A stretch of 64,000 nt of DNA from Lingula anatina (GCA_051362555.1 CM120648.1:4770587-4834586); one strand, 5' to 3'; shown: positions 13,211-26,199, counted from the first letter of the stretch. Notes: a model not told the origin generated them from the sequence alone. Program-made: numbers and translations.

Positions 13211-14489
13211 TTAGTATTTGTAGGTCTTATACGGGTGATATGTATAATAACCTGTCGTATAGTACCGGTAATATGGTCTTCGCCACAGTTGCCATTTGTT
13301 AATCAAATAACCTATGTTTCTTCGCCGATGATCGAGAGTCTCACCATCGCTCAAATCTGGCTCTTCGTCTGGGATGTCATCTTCGTCGATTCGGTCGTCT
13401 TCAAATGTATTCGACTCTGCTCGCGTTAGACGGTTGAAGTACCTCGGATGTTGGTGAAGTTGGTTTAGTAGCGAGCCAATACCTCGTTTCTGAGCAGGGA
13501 ATCCATCATAATATGGCACAATAACTCTTGAGGGAAAATAAAAATCTTGGTACTGGTAGTAGTCCTCCAAGTCGCGTTTCCGTCTCGTTTTCGCAGCTTT
13601 CATTTGCTGGGCTTTATCGCTTGTTTCATTTTGATCGTCTATTGTTCTCTTGCCAGAGCTGTACCCTTTCCACCTGTTTATAAGCCGACCGATGTTCTTT
13701 TTATCAACGCCCGCCGTGTTCTGGTAGGCAACTGCAGGTACATATTCTGGGTATCCTCGCCAGTGGTTAATCACATGGCCGATGCTTTTCTTGTCTCCGT
13801 AAACGTCATCCTCACGTTTGTGACCGCCTCTCCACCGGTTGATTAACCTGCCGATGTTCTTCTTTTCTACAGACCCGTCAACCGCGTCGGTGTAGACTGC
13901 GTCATTTTCGTCGCGCTTGCCCCCTCCCCTCCACCTGTTAATCAGGCGACCTATATTTTTCTTATCTACTGACGCGCCAATGACATCAGCGTCGTCTGCT
14001 TCATCTTCGTCGCGTTTTCCGCTTCCCCTCCATCGATTTATCAACCGGCCAATATTCTTCTTTTCCACATCATCGCCATTTTCATGCGCACTGTCAGCTT
14101 CATCCTCGCGCTTGTGACCACGCCATCTATTGATAAGTCTACCGATGTTTTTCTTGTTCATGGAATCAGCCAGTTCTCCAGCATCGTCATAGTCGCGTTT
14201 ACCTCCGCCCCTCCATCTGTTTATCAGCCTTCCTATGTTCTTCTTGTCCATTTCTTCGTACAGGGACTGGTCGTTTTCCCCATCAAGTGAAATAGGAACG
14301 TTCGCATCAGCATAGTCTTCCTTTTTGGAGTTTGTTCCGCGCCATTTTTGTAGAAGCGCTCCAATATGGCGCTTGTCGTCCACGAGATCGTCTGCATGGT
14401 CGCTTTTCTTTCCTCTCCACTTGTTAAGAAGGGCGCCTATTGCGTGCTTTTTATGTGCCGGTGGTAGTTCGTGGTGCGTCTGATACCAT
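13211..14489 (-). CDS. Exon 3 (terminal) of multi-copy peptide precursor, ending ...YHPYKTYKY*
   Basis: Acceptor cttttacatgtatatcag|A completes the AG|A Arg codon and gives NIGALINR-W, restoring the motif across the junction. 1279 nt open to TAA at 13213-13211, with 11 further KK/KR/RRR-flanked motif copies. Total CDS 81+416+1279 = 1776 nt = 591 aa. Confidence 0.95.
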
Positions 14490-14825
14490 CTGATATACAT
14501 GTAAAAGAAGAGATAATATTTTAATCAAAGTAGTATTTGAGAAAGTTATAAACTATAAGGAAAATCCACATTATAGAGAGAACAAAAAATAAATGATATT
14601 CAGTTTCTCTTTACTGCCATGTATCAGCCTTCTGGGAACGCTAGTGACAGAAAAATCAGCTTCTAATGCTATACCGACAATTTTTTTATATTGCTAATGA
14701 GCACAAATGAGATGATAACGTGATCATTTACATGTAATTGTAGTCTTAGTGGCTTCTCACAAATATTGTAACACATTTAAATAATCTAGATATTTTCATG
14801 AATGGACGTTGGCCATTACAATTAC
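14490..14825 (-). other. Intron 2 (336 bp, phase 2) of the precursor gene
   Basis: GTAAT...tatcAG, AT-rich; splicing keeps the frame and the peptide motif. Confidence 0.92.
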
Positions 14826-15241
14826 CTGTTGATCAGAGCTCCAATATTTCTTTTTTGTTCGATAGCGTCTTCTCCGCTATCGTGGGCGTGTTCGCTTCTC
14901 TTTCCACCCCCTCTCCATTTATTCATCAGTGCTCCTATTCCGCGTTTTTCACCAACCTCCTCCTCTTCCGTGTTTCTGTCAGCGTCATCTCTTTTGTACC
15001 CCTTCCACCTGTTCAACAATCTACCAACGTTTCGTTTGTCGTCTTCTTGTTCGGATTCCCTGTGATCCTCTCTATGGAGTTCCATATCCCTGTGATCATT
15101 GCCTTCATCTTCTCGTTTCTTCCCGCGCCATTTGTTCAATAAGCGCCCAATGTTGCGTTTTTCTACGTCAGCTTTATTGATTTCGGTTGCGTCCTTTTCG
15201 TCAGGTGCTTGGACATTTTCTTCTTTGCTTGGTTCAGATAT
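14826..15241 (-). CDS. Exon 2 of multi-copy peptide precursor (ISEPSKEE...KRNIGALINR)
   Basis: Acceptor tctttacag|ATA, donor AACAG|gtaat (phase 2). Encodes KR-flanked NIGRLLNKWRG, NVGRLLNRWKGY, GIGALMNKWRGGG and the start of NIGALINR, with D/E-rich spacers. Confidence 0.93.
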
Positions 15242-18200
15242 CTGTAAAGATATGAATGACTGTTTTGAATACATGTTAATATGTTTCTTGGGAATGTAGT
15301 AAAATATAAATTTATGTTGTATTTGGATGTTAGAGACGTTGGTATCGTGTAACAGGGTCGTAGTCCGAGAAATATGCTTGGGGTATATAGCAGGACTTTA
15401 TAAAGTTGAAAAGAAAAAAACTTAACCAACTCCACCCTTCCCCGGCCGCAGCCTACGGGCTTAGGATGTGAGGGATAATCGATGTTTAAGGGAATAGCAT
15501 AAAAAGTCTTATATGATTAATATGAATTTTGGTATTGCAGCTTTAATATGGAATGCTCTCCAGATTCACACAACACAAGTGGTGATAAATCGGAAGCTTC
15601 ATTATTTCCCATTCTGTTTGGCAGTGAAGCGCCAACCAAAGAGTCAAATGATCAAAAGCTGAAAACGCAAACTCGTACATGAAACAGAGAGAACGGAATA
15701 TAAACGAACTTGCCTCACTTGCCGTCGCGTTCAGAAAAGATTTAAGACAACATCTTAATACGCATCTCTTCAAAATCATTTTCTTAGCCCTTTTTGCCAG
15801 CTTCACCATTATGAGCCTTCTTGATCTAGTTTTCCAAATCTTACACCTAATTTACGTCAAGTGTTTTTGACATCAATTTGGCGCTCTGCTAAGGGGCATT
15901 GTTTTGACTTATCAAAGTCACTCATTTTACTTTAATTTAAACTTCTTAGAGATGTTGTCTCGATATATACGTGACCTGATAAGGATTTGGATTATTCCCC
16001 CTCGTCACGTCGTTACTTAGTCGATTATTCTCTCCCATAACAGAAAGCAATTACCCCCTCCATGACAGTGACAGACTGGCAGCCATGTCCCTCAGTCGTT
16101 TTCAGTTAATTTAACGAAACTGAGAGTCTTTGTTAATGTAAAACGCCAATCAATTTTGAACGATTGATCTATTAACTATGACAAAGTTAGACGTCTGATG
16201 TACCTATGTCACAGTAAGACGTCTGATATTTCAGTAGGAATGGCCTCTTTATGTTCAGATTATCCATGGGAAACCAGAGCTAAAGGGTAAACAATGAATT
16301 GGTTAAAATTGATCAAAAATATTAGGCGCGACGAAAAATCTTTTATTCGTTTATTCATTTGCATTCCATTCCTTTTCAAAGTACTTACTCTCTTGAAAAC
16401 ATTTTAATCTGACATTGCCTTTTTGGCTTTCAGGTGAGATTAACCTTATTTGTACAGAAAGAAATGACGCTTCGCCTTATTTGTCCTCATCTGACCATGG
16501 TAATTAGCCACTTAATGGTTTCTAGATAATCTACTGGTACAAAATATCTTCAGGTTGCACAGTATTTTTCCTGTCGCGGCGCTTAAAATGCTGTGTTTCA
16601 GCCAGTGGTGATTGATAACGCCTAGTAGTAAGCTTAAGCGCTTTTATATTTAATTTCCCTGAAATGAATCGGTTATTAGGCCTATTTCTATCAGAAATCG
16701 CATTAGGTGCAGCTGACCATCAATAAATGTCGATGAAAGGTAATCAATTTTATACACTAGGTGGCACTACCGGATGGCTATAAGGGCAGTTACCGTTCAA
16801 GAGGAGACCAAACATAATGTTAACAGTATCTATTAACAGCCAAGTGGTTACGAAAAAACAAAAGGAATTATCAAATACAGATAGTTGAAATAAAGCAAAT
16901 TGGGTAGTGCATTGTAGTGACACTTTCCAACAGTAATGTATAACCGATACTACCCAAATACGAGTTTTATATTTCATTACGCTCATGTAAAGTTATAGCA
17001 CAGTGCTAAAAACTAAGCGGTGTTGAACAATATCAGAAGCAAAATTTCTTCAATCAAAATACCAAACAACTTCCATATTAGACCTAGCAAACAGAAAATC
17101 GTTCGATTGCTACATACTTATATTTTTTTTTTTGTTTCTATGGCATTTCTAAATTTTTGGACGTTAATCCCTTTTTTCTCAAAGTAACCTTCCATAATAA
17201 ACGATGATACTAGACGGTTTTAATTTCTGTTGAAGCCCACAGAATATCTAAATAACGGAGAGTATATCCGTAATTTATTGTTAAAAGGCGTCACTACTTG
17301 TCACCAAGACAATACCCGATGTATACACTTGCTATTCATGTTACCCGAATATTTAAACACTGGGAACAATACACGTCTTTTATTGTTACATGGAGTATCA
17401 ATTACCCGGAGATTTGTATCGTTGAAATAATACCAAGAATAATGCTTCCGCCACGGGAAAGCAATTTGTTGGCCGTGATATAAAATACAGATCTGGGCCC
17501 GTTCACATTTGGCGTGTTAAGATCGGTTCTGCGGCGCAGAGTTTCTTTTTGCCTTGACAAAATGCTATACGTTAATGGCGTTGAAAGTTTGTTTTTTCGA
17601 CAGCATGATTGCAATAAGCACTTCACCCAAAACGTATTTTTCACCTTAGATTGATTTCCAGTGGAACTGCTTTGCCATAAAGTGAATTCGACCCTAAAGT
17701 GCACAATGGCACAAGATCGATCTACGAAAACAGAGAAGCGCTTTCACGTCCACTTCACAGAAAACAGCAGAACTGAATGCGAAAACGATCGAAATACAAT
17801 AGCCTTGATTTCTATTATTAAGGCACACTACAGGTGTAATGTTTTCACCCGTGTCGCCTATCTTTTCTGATTACGCGGAAATTATGCAGCAATTTCTGAG
17901 TTACTTTGATGTCAAATTATTTGATGCTGCGTGGTCTATTCATACTTGCATGGATTTCCAATTTTGTTTCACAATATCTAGCCTGTGCGGCAATATCGTT
18001 TCTGCAAAAAAAAGTTTTATTTGATCGAATATGTTGTAGTTCCATTAATCTACACAAAAAAACTTCAGGACTTGCATATACATATATATATAGACGTAAT
18101 GGCTCTAATTCGTGCTGCCCCCCTCCCCTTGCATCAAGCCACATAAACATGGGGTGAGATTGACAGCATATCAGTGGTTACAGTGGTTTTATGAGATACT

Positions 18201-19347
18201 AGTGCCCAAGCAGCATTCTATTGTGTTTTTAAGGTTGTCAATATAGAAAAGGGTGGAAATACAGAAATAAGTTATTGATCCGTGTAAACGATGCTTGTAG
18301 TGTTGTACATAAAGTAGTAAGAAAAATGAGAAAAATCATTTCGACAGGAATAAAAGTTTTTCATGGGCACTGCAATAAAAGTAGCAAAAACGAGTAAAAT
18401 GATTGACACGTTGTAAGGAATAAACACCAGCGCAAAGCGGAAACAATATACCATTGGGGTTATGACTTTGGAAGATAATTAAACTATTGACATTCTCAAA
18501 CCACGCTGCGCTTGGTGCTAATTAGATAATACCCATTATATCTCTCTGTTGGATAGTACTTTCCTAGTACTGCCATGAAGGAACGTTTTCAAATCACTCT
18601 GAGCTTTAAAATGATAAAGTATGTTGACTCAAATACTGTGCGTCCGCCAATCTACTAGTATGTAAGACCTATAGGTTTTATAATATGATCAGTGTAATCA
18701 TTTATTTCTCAAACCACGCTGGATTTAAAACTAATTAGCTAATAATAGAGTTGTCGAAGGTTGGTAAGACGAAAGGCATGTAGTGTTAGCGATTGACTCT
18801 ACATGGAAATGGACAAAGCCCAAGAGATAATCGTTTCACGTTTAGTTCTAGTAGTTTCTTAATATAGTTTTACGGGGTCGGATATGATTGAACACGAGAT
18901 AAGAACGGGGCCAAATGTAAGACATGAAATGTAAAAGTTCGATGGAAGGTCCTGCCAGAATGCTGCCAAGGTTTGCAGAGCTGAGCGTCTAACAAGGGAA
19001 TCGATCTTTGTAAAAGACGAAATTTGCACGGGGCGATGGGTTTCACGAGAACGTAATTCAAGAGGTGAATATCGAACATCGTTTATGTTTGAGCTTCCAG
19101 GAAATGATCACTTTAGGATTGACTAAATATTATTTGTTTTCTCATTCTATACGCTGTACCCCGAGTTCCGTTCCAACTGAAAGTATTCTAATCTTGTTTC
19201 TCTACGGTGGATGGTGGGGCACGAAACGAAGAGTACTAGTAGGCCTAGCTGTACCCAGTAGTTGGTTTTAAAGTTTAGGACAACTGGAACCCAGCGCAAT
19301 GTTTATCTGGCATCTACAGTGCAGTGTCTGGAGAAGGCTTATTAAAC

Positions 19348-19504
19348 TACTTACGCGAAATGAAAATAAGAACCGTGTCTGGTTTTTGTCAACTAATGTT
19401 TTCATACCTTATTACATTACTGGAATGGGCTTAAAGTACTTACACGAAATGAAAATAAGAACCATGTCTAGTTTTTGTCAACTTATGTTGTCACACCTTA
19501 TTAC
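19348..19504. repeat. Diverged tandem duplication, period 89 bp
   Basis: tacttac[g/a]cgaaatgaaaataagaacc[g/a]tgtct[g/a]gtttttgtcaact at 19348 and 19437. Confidence 0.8.
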
Positions 19505-22500
19505 TGTCGGGGAGTGGATCAAGCGTCTAGTATATTTGACTTGATTTATATTTGAGCATAATTATCCATCAGCAAATGTACAATGTATGTTTAAGTGTGC
19601 TGCAAGAACTGCTGCCAGAGCTGCTTTTGCTCTCAATTGCTGTGTCAATTTTATTCTTTGAGCAGTGATGGCCTCAAAATGATTACATGTGCATGTATAA
19701 CGATGTTAACATATATATCCACATGCCTAGTATAGTAAATTCTATACTCCTTCCACATTATTTTTGCATACAATATGCCCTGTAAACGTAAAAGGAACTC
19801 AGTATGGCCTAGACAATCAGCCGTACACATGTACATCCTGATTATGCTGTGCCCTTCGTGAATTCACCATCACGCTCTCTTGACAATCTAGGCTTGTCTC
19901 TTTCTCGGATTGTAATTTTCCAGGATGAAATGCCAAAAAGGCACCTAACTCGATCGTCTGGATGAGAAAACGTCGCCCTACATGTTGAACCTATTCAAAT
20001 GAGGAAGGAATTACATGTAACATAGACGTATTTATCGTGTTATATTTTGATGACGGGTATACATCATGATGTACCTGTAATAAAAGCTGTTACTAGTGTT
20101 AGGGTGCTTAATTGAAAATAAAGAGGAGCTGTTCTCAGAAGGTTACATGAACTTCAGTTGCTTCCACTGGCATTTATGTAGATATTGTTGTATCTTAATT
20201 CTTTATATACGCCAGTAAATTGTATATACATTGTAACTGCGAAATCCCGGGTTACATTATAACATATTACATGCAATTTACTTACATTGCGTTTAGAGTT
20301 ATTTGACAGAGCAACCTGAATGGAAAATGTGTTTACTTTGAGGAGTTTAATGACCTACATACATGTGTTTCTGTGCTTTACTGTGACAGCTGAGAATCAC
20401 TGTGTTTCTATCTTTTATGAATGTTGTATACAATTGGCCGTGTCACCATGAAAATGGCCGCAACCCAAGATGTTCGGTGATTGGTCTTGTATCTATATCT
20501 GCAGGACTAAATCACAATTTCATTTCTGGGATATTTATCTTGATCAATTACTGTTTTAAACGGACAATGAATTGAAAGAGTTGAATTGCACAACGCTTGT
20601 CCACCTTGCGGCTTAAAGTGATTCTCGCGCTGTTCCGCTACATTGATCGTTTATCCAATTAAACAATATGAGAATGTGCGTACTTTTAGCAGTTTCTGGT
20701 AAAGATGAATATCAAATTCTAAAATGCCATTTTCAGAACTATTACTCGTAAATGTCAAACCTAAATGCAACCCTTACCCTCATGAAAGGCAGCATTGGGT
20801 ATGTCAAAATGCTAACCGTCAAAGACTAAAGACCTCTTTTGAATTTTATACTTGTATGACAATTAACCTACGTTCACCGCGTAAAATTGAACTCCATTTT
20901 TATTTTTTAGAATTCTTATTTACTTCCTGAATGTCAGGTTTTTCCTAGAATTGTCATTAACTTTTTTTTGAATAATTGATGTGTACACCCTTTTTCATCA
21001 TACATGAACTTAAAGAGTATTTGATATTAGATATTGCAACAACAATGCCTTCTCCGATCTTTGAAACTGTTGTAAAACACGGAAAAGAACTAACTATAAA
21101 TACAGTTTCCTTTAGACAAATTTTAAATAAAATATTTCCGATTAAGAAACAAGTTATTTGGCGATTAAAGACATACATTAGTGACTGAAACATCTGAAGA
21201 CTTATTTAGTATTTCAGGCATGTTCATGTAGCATGCAAAGGAGTTGGTCCTGTATTAATTGAAGGATAAATTTATTCTCTTACTTAACCCAACTTGCGAA
21301 ATGGCATAGAACCTTGGTTAAAGAAACAAAAGAGACAGAAAAAAACTATTTCACCGTTTTTTCCTTATTATATGTTTAATAATTGTGGATTCCTGTTTTC
21401 ACTGATGCTATTCTGCAGATTTGCAAGTTACATCGAACGTTTTTCGCCTATCGAAAGTTCGTAACTACCCCATGGTTGGAACCAAATGTATGTTTAATAG
21501 ATCAAAACGATGTCACTCGCAGCGTTATTTGTTCGTAGGAGTAGTTAATCACAGCGGTTTCATTTCTTTGAACTTAATCAGCAAAGTAAATTCTACCGTG
21601 CAACATGCTCTTTAGTCATGTTTCCGCGAAAATCATTACGCTTTCTAAAAGAGAACAATAACTGCAGTCCAGATTAAATACTTTTATCTCGACCTCTGGT
21701 CATATGGCCCGCAGAGAACATTTTAATAAAAAGCGAATCATCTGTTGCCAGGAAAACAGCAATTGGTTTCATCACGATTTATCAGTGATTTTTGAGAACT
21801 GAGTCAGGTTAGTTTTTATCACGAGGAGTGTCCGTGTTTGAAAACAGCAAGTAGAGTTAGAGTTGCTTGCTTTCTCCACATGAGAAACTAAAATACGCCG
21901 CGGATGAATGTTATCGCAAAATATGGCCATCGAGTTTTGCCCCTCTATTCATTTTTTGCACTTGTGGATGTACGTGCTATATATGCTATGGCATAAAATA
22001 CGAGACCACATGCTATCTCTTTATATACAATCGAGCAAATGATTTAAAAAGGTAGCCATCTGCTCCCATTGGTGAAGTAATCGTTATCAAAGATTCAAAC
22101 GGCCTAGTGAGATGTGCTAGCGCAGCCATACTTCACTGAAAACGCCCTGTGCGTGACAGATGTTTATAAGTAGAACCTGTTACTTAATCCGTTCGTCTTT
22201 TTTCCGTGCTCTCAGACGTTGCGTCTTATTACTTCAAGATAAATAAGGAAATAGCAACGGCACGCTGATTGGTTTTGGGTGACATTTTAAAAGTTGATTA
22301 AGCTTTGATTACACGAAAACAGTGTTTGCCAAACACAATTTATCTGCTTCGTTCGTGATTCACATAAGGAAATACACAGGTGCACACGCTGATTGGATTC
22401 ATTTGAATGGCAGGAATCAGTAGTGGTACGAATTACTGATCTTTATTCACGTAATGAAAGCATTGTCTAGACGCAAAATCGTAGTCGGTCGCTTTTGATC

Positions 22501-24739
22501 AGTTTGGCTTGCGTGGTTGCGTGAGAAGCAATAAGAAACACTAGAGCGTGGAATTACTGGTAATTCTGCACAACAACTTGTCCAATAATGACACGTTTTT
22601 TCAAATGTCAGCTTATTCAATACCTTGGATATCAACAGGAGACGTAGTTCTTATTGACTGTAAATCCACTTAACATTAGTCTGGGCGTCGTATGTGCCTA
22701 AGAACTTTTTTCTCCTCATTATTTGTATAGAAATGACGCAGAATGCTGGCCCCCAAACCGGAGGTGGTCTTGTGATTATAAAGAGAACCACTGGCGTCAT
22801 CTTCTTTAGTTTTTCTTATGCAATTAAAAGAATTTATTTAAAAATATCTCCATTCCATTTTCCATTAAAACAGAATATACTTTTTGACATTTTCTAAAAT
22901 ATACCGTGTTGTTGAATATGTTGGGATGTGTGTTAATCCATAGCCATAGTTCGGTTGAGGCTGACGAGATATTTGCTTCAAATGAAATTTCGGCCAGCAA
23001 TGTTTATTTCAGATATAATAAATTAAGAAATAAGATGGGTTCATGTCTCATTTCCTTCTCACTAAGATACTTTGATTTTAATTCTGCTCAATTTTTTGCC
23101 ATTTTGACGTTTTTAATATGACCTTCCAGTGAAACAATGAATCTACCATGTATGCGCTGTTACTGCATGCATATACCAGTTGCAAATGCCACGAACCACT
23201 CACCAAAGTTCATGGCATTTTATTACTATTACTACGAAATGAGATATGTGAAAAAGCAGACTAAGTGTCACTAATATCAAAATTGTCCACATTTTGCAAA
23301 TCGATTGTTACTAAAAACTCAAGATTGATGCTGTTTATTGCTTAAAACGATGAATAATCGATACAATAGGGGCATTTTTCTACCAGTTTTGACGGGTAAA
23401 ATCAGAGTTCACGAGAGGTCGTTTTGGCTATAAATTCCGTATAAAATAGTCGGTTTTGAAGTGTATGTAGAAACACTGAGTGCGCCTTAATCTCGTCCAG
23501 AATGGAAAATTAATTGCATTCATTTTATTTGTATATATAGTAAAATATAAGAACGCAAATAATGATATTTTGGTAAATGATCCTTTAGCCGCCATCTTTG
23601 GGAATCACCTTTTGCGTTTCATCAAAATATCCACTTATGTAGGCATGGGATTTCGTGTAAGTTAACTACAAGTTTATGGATAAAGGGGTAGAATGCCATA
23701 AGATACGTACTATCTTGGTACATTTGCACAATAAACGAAGTGTTGTCGCACCTTTCGGTAAAACCCGGTTTGGGCGAAGTACATGTACGATTCAAAATAA
23801 ATTGGGGTTGTCTGTGTATCAATATAGATTAAAAACTTAAACAAAACTAACTCGACAGTCCCACTTTGTCAAATTTAAATTTAATTAAATTGTCAAAACT
23901 GTTAATAATAAGGTTTTTATTTTCACGAACACTAAATGTTCTTAAAAGCGGCATACATGTACATGTACAACAGGGTTGAAGAAAATAGTTTGTTCCCAAC
24001 TGATATGGTTGTATTGAGGAATTCATTTAACGTGTGACTGGCCTTCACTCACACATGCACGGTCTTCACAGGTTAACACGAATCAATGCTGCTGTCAGTT
24101 TTCATCAGGTTTGAAATATTACAAAGGAGAGCATAACATTGTTATGATCGACAATAAGTTCTAGTGTCTCTAATTTGTACGGAACCATAGTCGTTTTCGA
24201 CAATGTTGAATGGCCAATCGTTTTCTTTTTGACAGATAGGCAAACCTTGGGCAATAAATGATGTTGACGCACTTTGCGCTAACAATTACGCTCCCGTGCC
24301 ATTAACCTCGCCTGAACTTGTCTTCGTCGCGAATCATGGTGAATAAATTATATTTCTGATTTGACAATGATTAATTAAAATGAATAGCTCGAACACGTCC
24401 CACACCGCACCTTGCTTACTTGATTTATCTAGACTGCTGTGTTTTATGCTAGTATGAGGTAGAACACACATTTTGGTATCAGAGTCACGCTCAAGGTAAA
24501 CTGTTTTGTGAACCAGACAGCGTTGTGAGTTCTGCAAAGTGTTAATCATTGTTGTTCGTTGGACGAGGTAATCATACGTGAATATTTCACTTGATAGAGT
24601 GAGAGCACTCAGATTACATCTCTTGTAAAGGTCATCTTCCTCATGAGAATGACCAGTAAACCAAATTGTGCGTGTGCAGGGTTTTTTTTACGCTCGCGGT
24701 TTTTATTTTGATAACCTATTGATCTGTCTCATATAGCCT

Positions 24740-24741
<2 letters not shown>

Positions 24742-24787
<46 letters not shown>
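24742..24787. repeat. (TC)n microsatellite
   Basis: Visible directly. Confidence 0.95.
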
Positions 24788-24793
<6 letters not shown>

Positions 24794-26134
24794 AAACCAC
24801 TGTAGTGAAACATATGAAGGGTTCAATCCCTGTCCTTAGCTTAGTTCAAACCAAGTGAAATTTTAATATCATTTGGAAAGAAAGCAATTTAGTTATAATT
24901 CTGAAAAGTTAAGTCTAAGATGCATGCTGTTACTTTACAAACTTTTGAAACTTCAGTCGAGCTAGGTTATGTGCAATGAAAATGATGCCAAAATGAAATC
25001 AAGGTGCTTAATCGTGCAAACTGGTCTTTGAATGCTGAATTTGTAATAATGCATCACACAATGGCTAAACGGTACCCCAAGGATGGACCAGAAGTGTGTG
25101 CTTTTCTCAGAAAATGGCAACTTTTAGATGGCGTGCAGGGAGAGAGAGGCGCATTAATTCTCAATAAAGGAAACAATTGACACTGACTTCTTTAATTGCC
25201 GTCTGGAGATTGCAGTTATGCATGATATCATCTGTTTGCGTGGCATCCTACAGACAAATCAAGAAACCTTACAGATTGTAGACAGTCAAAAGCAAATTGA
25301 AAAATTCCCTGAGACGTCGCTAATTGAAATCCGCACTTCCTGTAACGCGCGACTTAATAACTCCATCGCACGCAAACATCGAGTTTGCGCGCGCGTTTTA
25401 ATTACCGCCTTTTCTCCGTATCCGTTGTGTGGGCATCCGCGTTGTTCGGCAACCACTGCAGGAGATATTCTTCTGCGAGGTTTAAGACACATTGCAAGAT
25501 TGCTTTGGGGAAGACAGTGCCATAAAACACGTTTATTTGAAATATTTCTATATCCCTGCAGAGGAAACAAAATTATTAAATGAAAACAGGATATTCAAGT
25601 GTATACTATAACGTACGTTTGTTGCCTCCAAACCATTTTCTCAGTCACTGGGGATATTATAAAGACAATTAACTGACACTTGTGATTTCCTGAACTTACG
25701 GGTTTTGCTGCAGACGAGGCAAAATGACGGTTTAGCAATAGAAACTCATTTGTGACCAATCTTTTAATCATGGCTATTTCCCTTTGTAATTACCTGTTCC
25801 AGGTCATTGTCTATCTCTCACTCTTCCAAACACCTGTTATATTTGGTCCAATAAACTGACAACGTCGCCCCCACAGCCACCCACTAAAACTAAAACACTA
25901 CAACTAAAAGTTAGATATCCATTTGGACAAACATCCCAAAGCAGGTCAATTGACATACTGGTACCTCGGGGTCCTTTTGTCTGAGGATCTTTTGTAATAG
26001 AGCTAAGACGTTCCTAATCTTGATTTCTGATGATGTATCTTTTCCATGGTACGAATGTTATTAAAAAAACTAAACCAGAATAGGTGGAACGGCCCACCAT
26101 AAAGAAAATTTGGATTGACTTTATCACACAAGTT

Positions 26135-26137
<3 letters not shown>

Positions 26138-26196
<59 letters not shown>
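26138..26196. repeat. (AT)n microsatellite
   Basis: Visible directly. Confidence 0.95.

Positions 26197-26199
<3 letters not shown>

Noticed and set aside
14479-14482. Alternative acceptor 10 nt downstream (tatcag|ACG)
   Set aside because: It shifts the frame and destroys the downstream peptide array.
14490-14500. Met at 14500 (and the Met at 15274) as true start codons
   Set aside because: Both lie in intronic sequence just upstream of good AG acceptors and yield no signal peptide.
13211-15241. Assignment to luqin/RWamide or MIP/Wamide families
   Set aside because: The Trp is followed by R/K (or Y/Q), never directly by the amide-donor Gly. There is no W-x6-W motif and no luqin-type C-terminal Cys pair.
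13211-15241. Assignment to PDF because of the 'LIN' core
   Set aside because: Only a three-residue overlap with NSELINSL; PDF precursors carry one or two longer peptides, not 15 short ones.
13151-15299. Plus-strand ORFs overlapping the precursor exons
   Set aside because: Antisense shadows of the real coding strand, rich in S/F/L/V, with no independent evidence.
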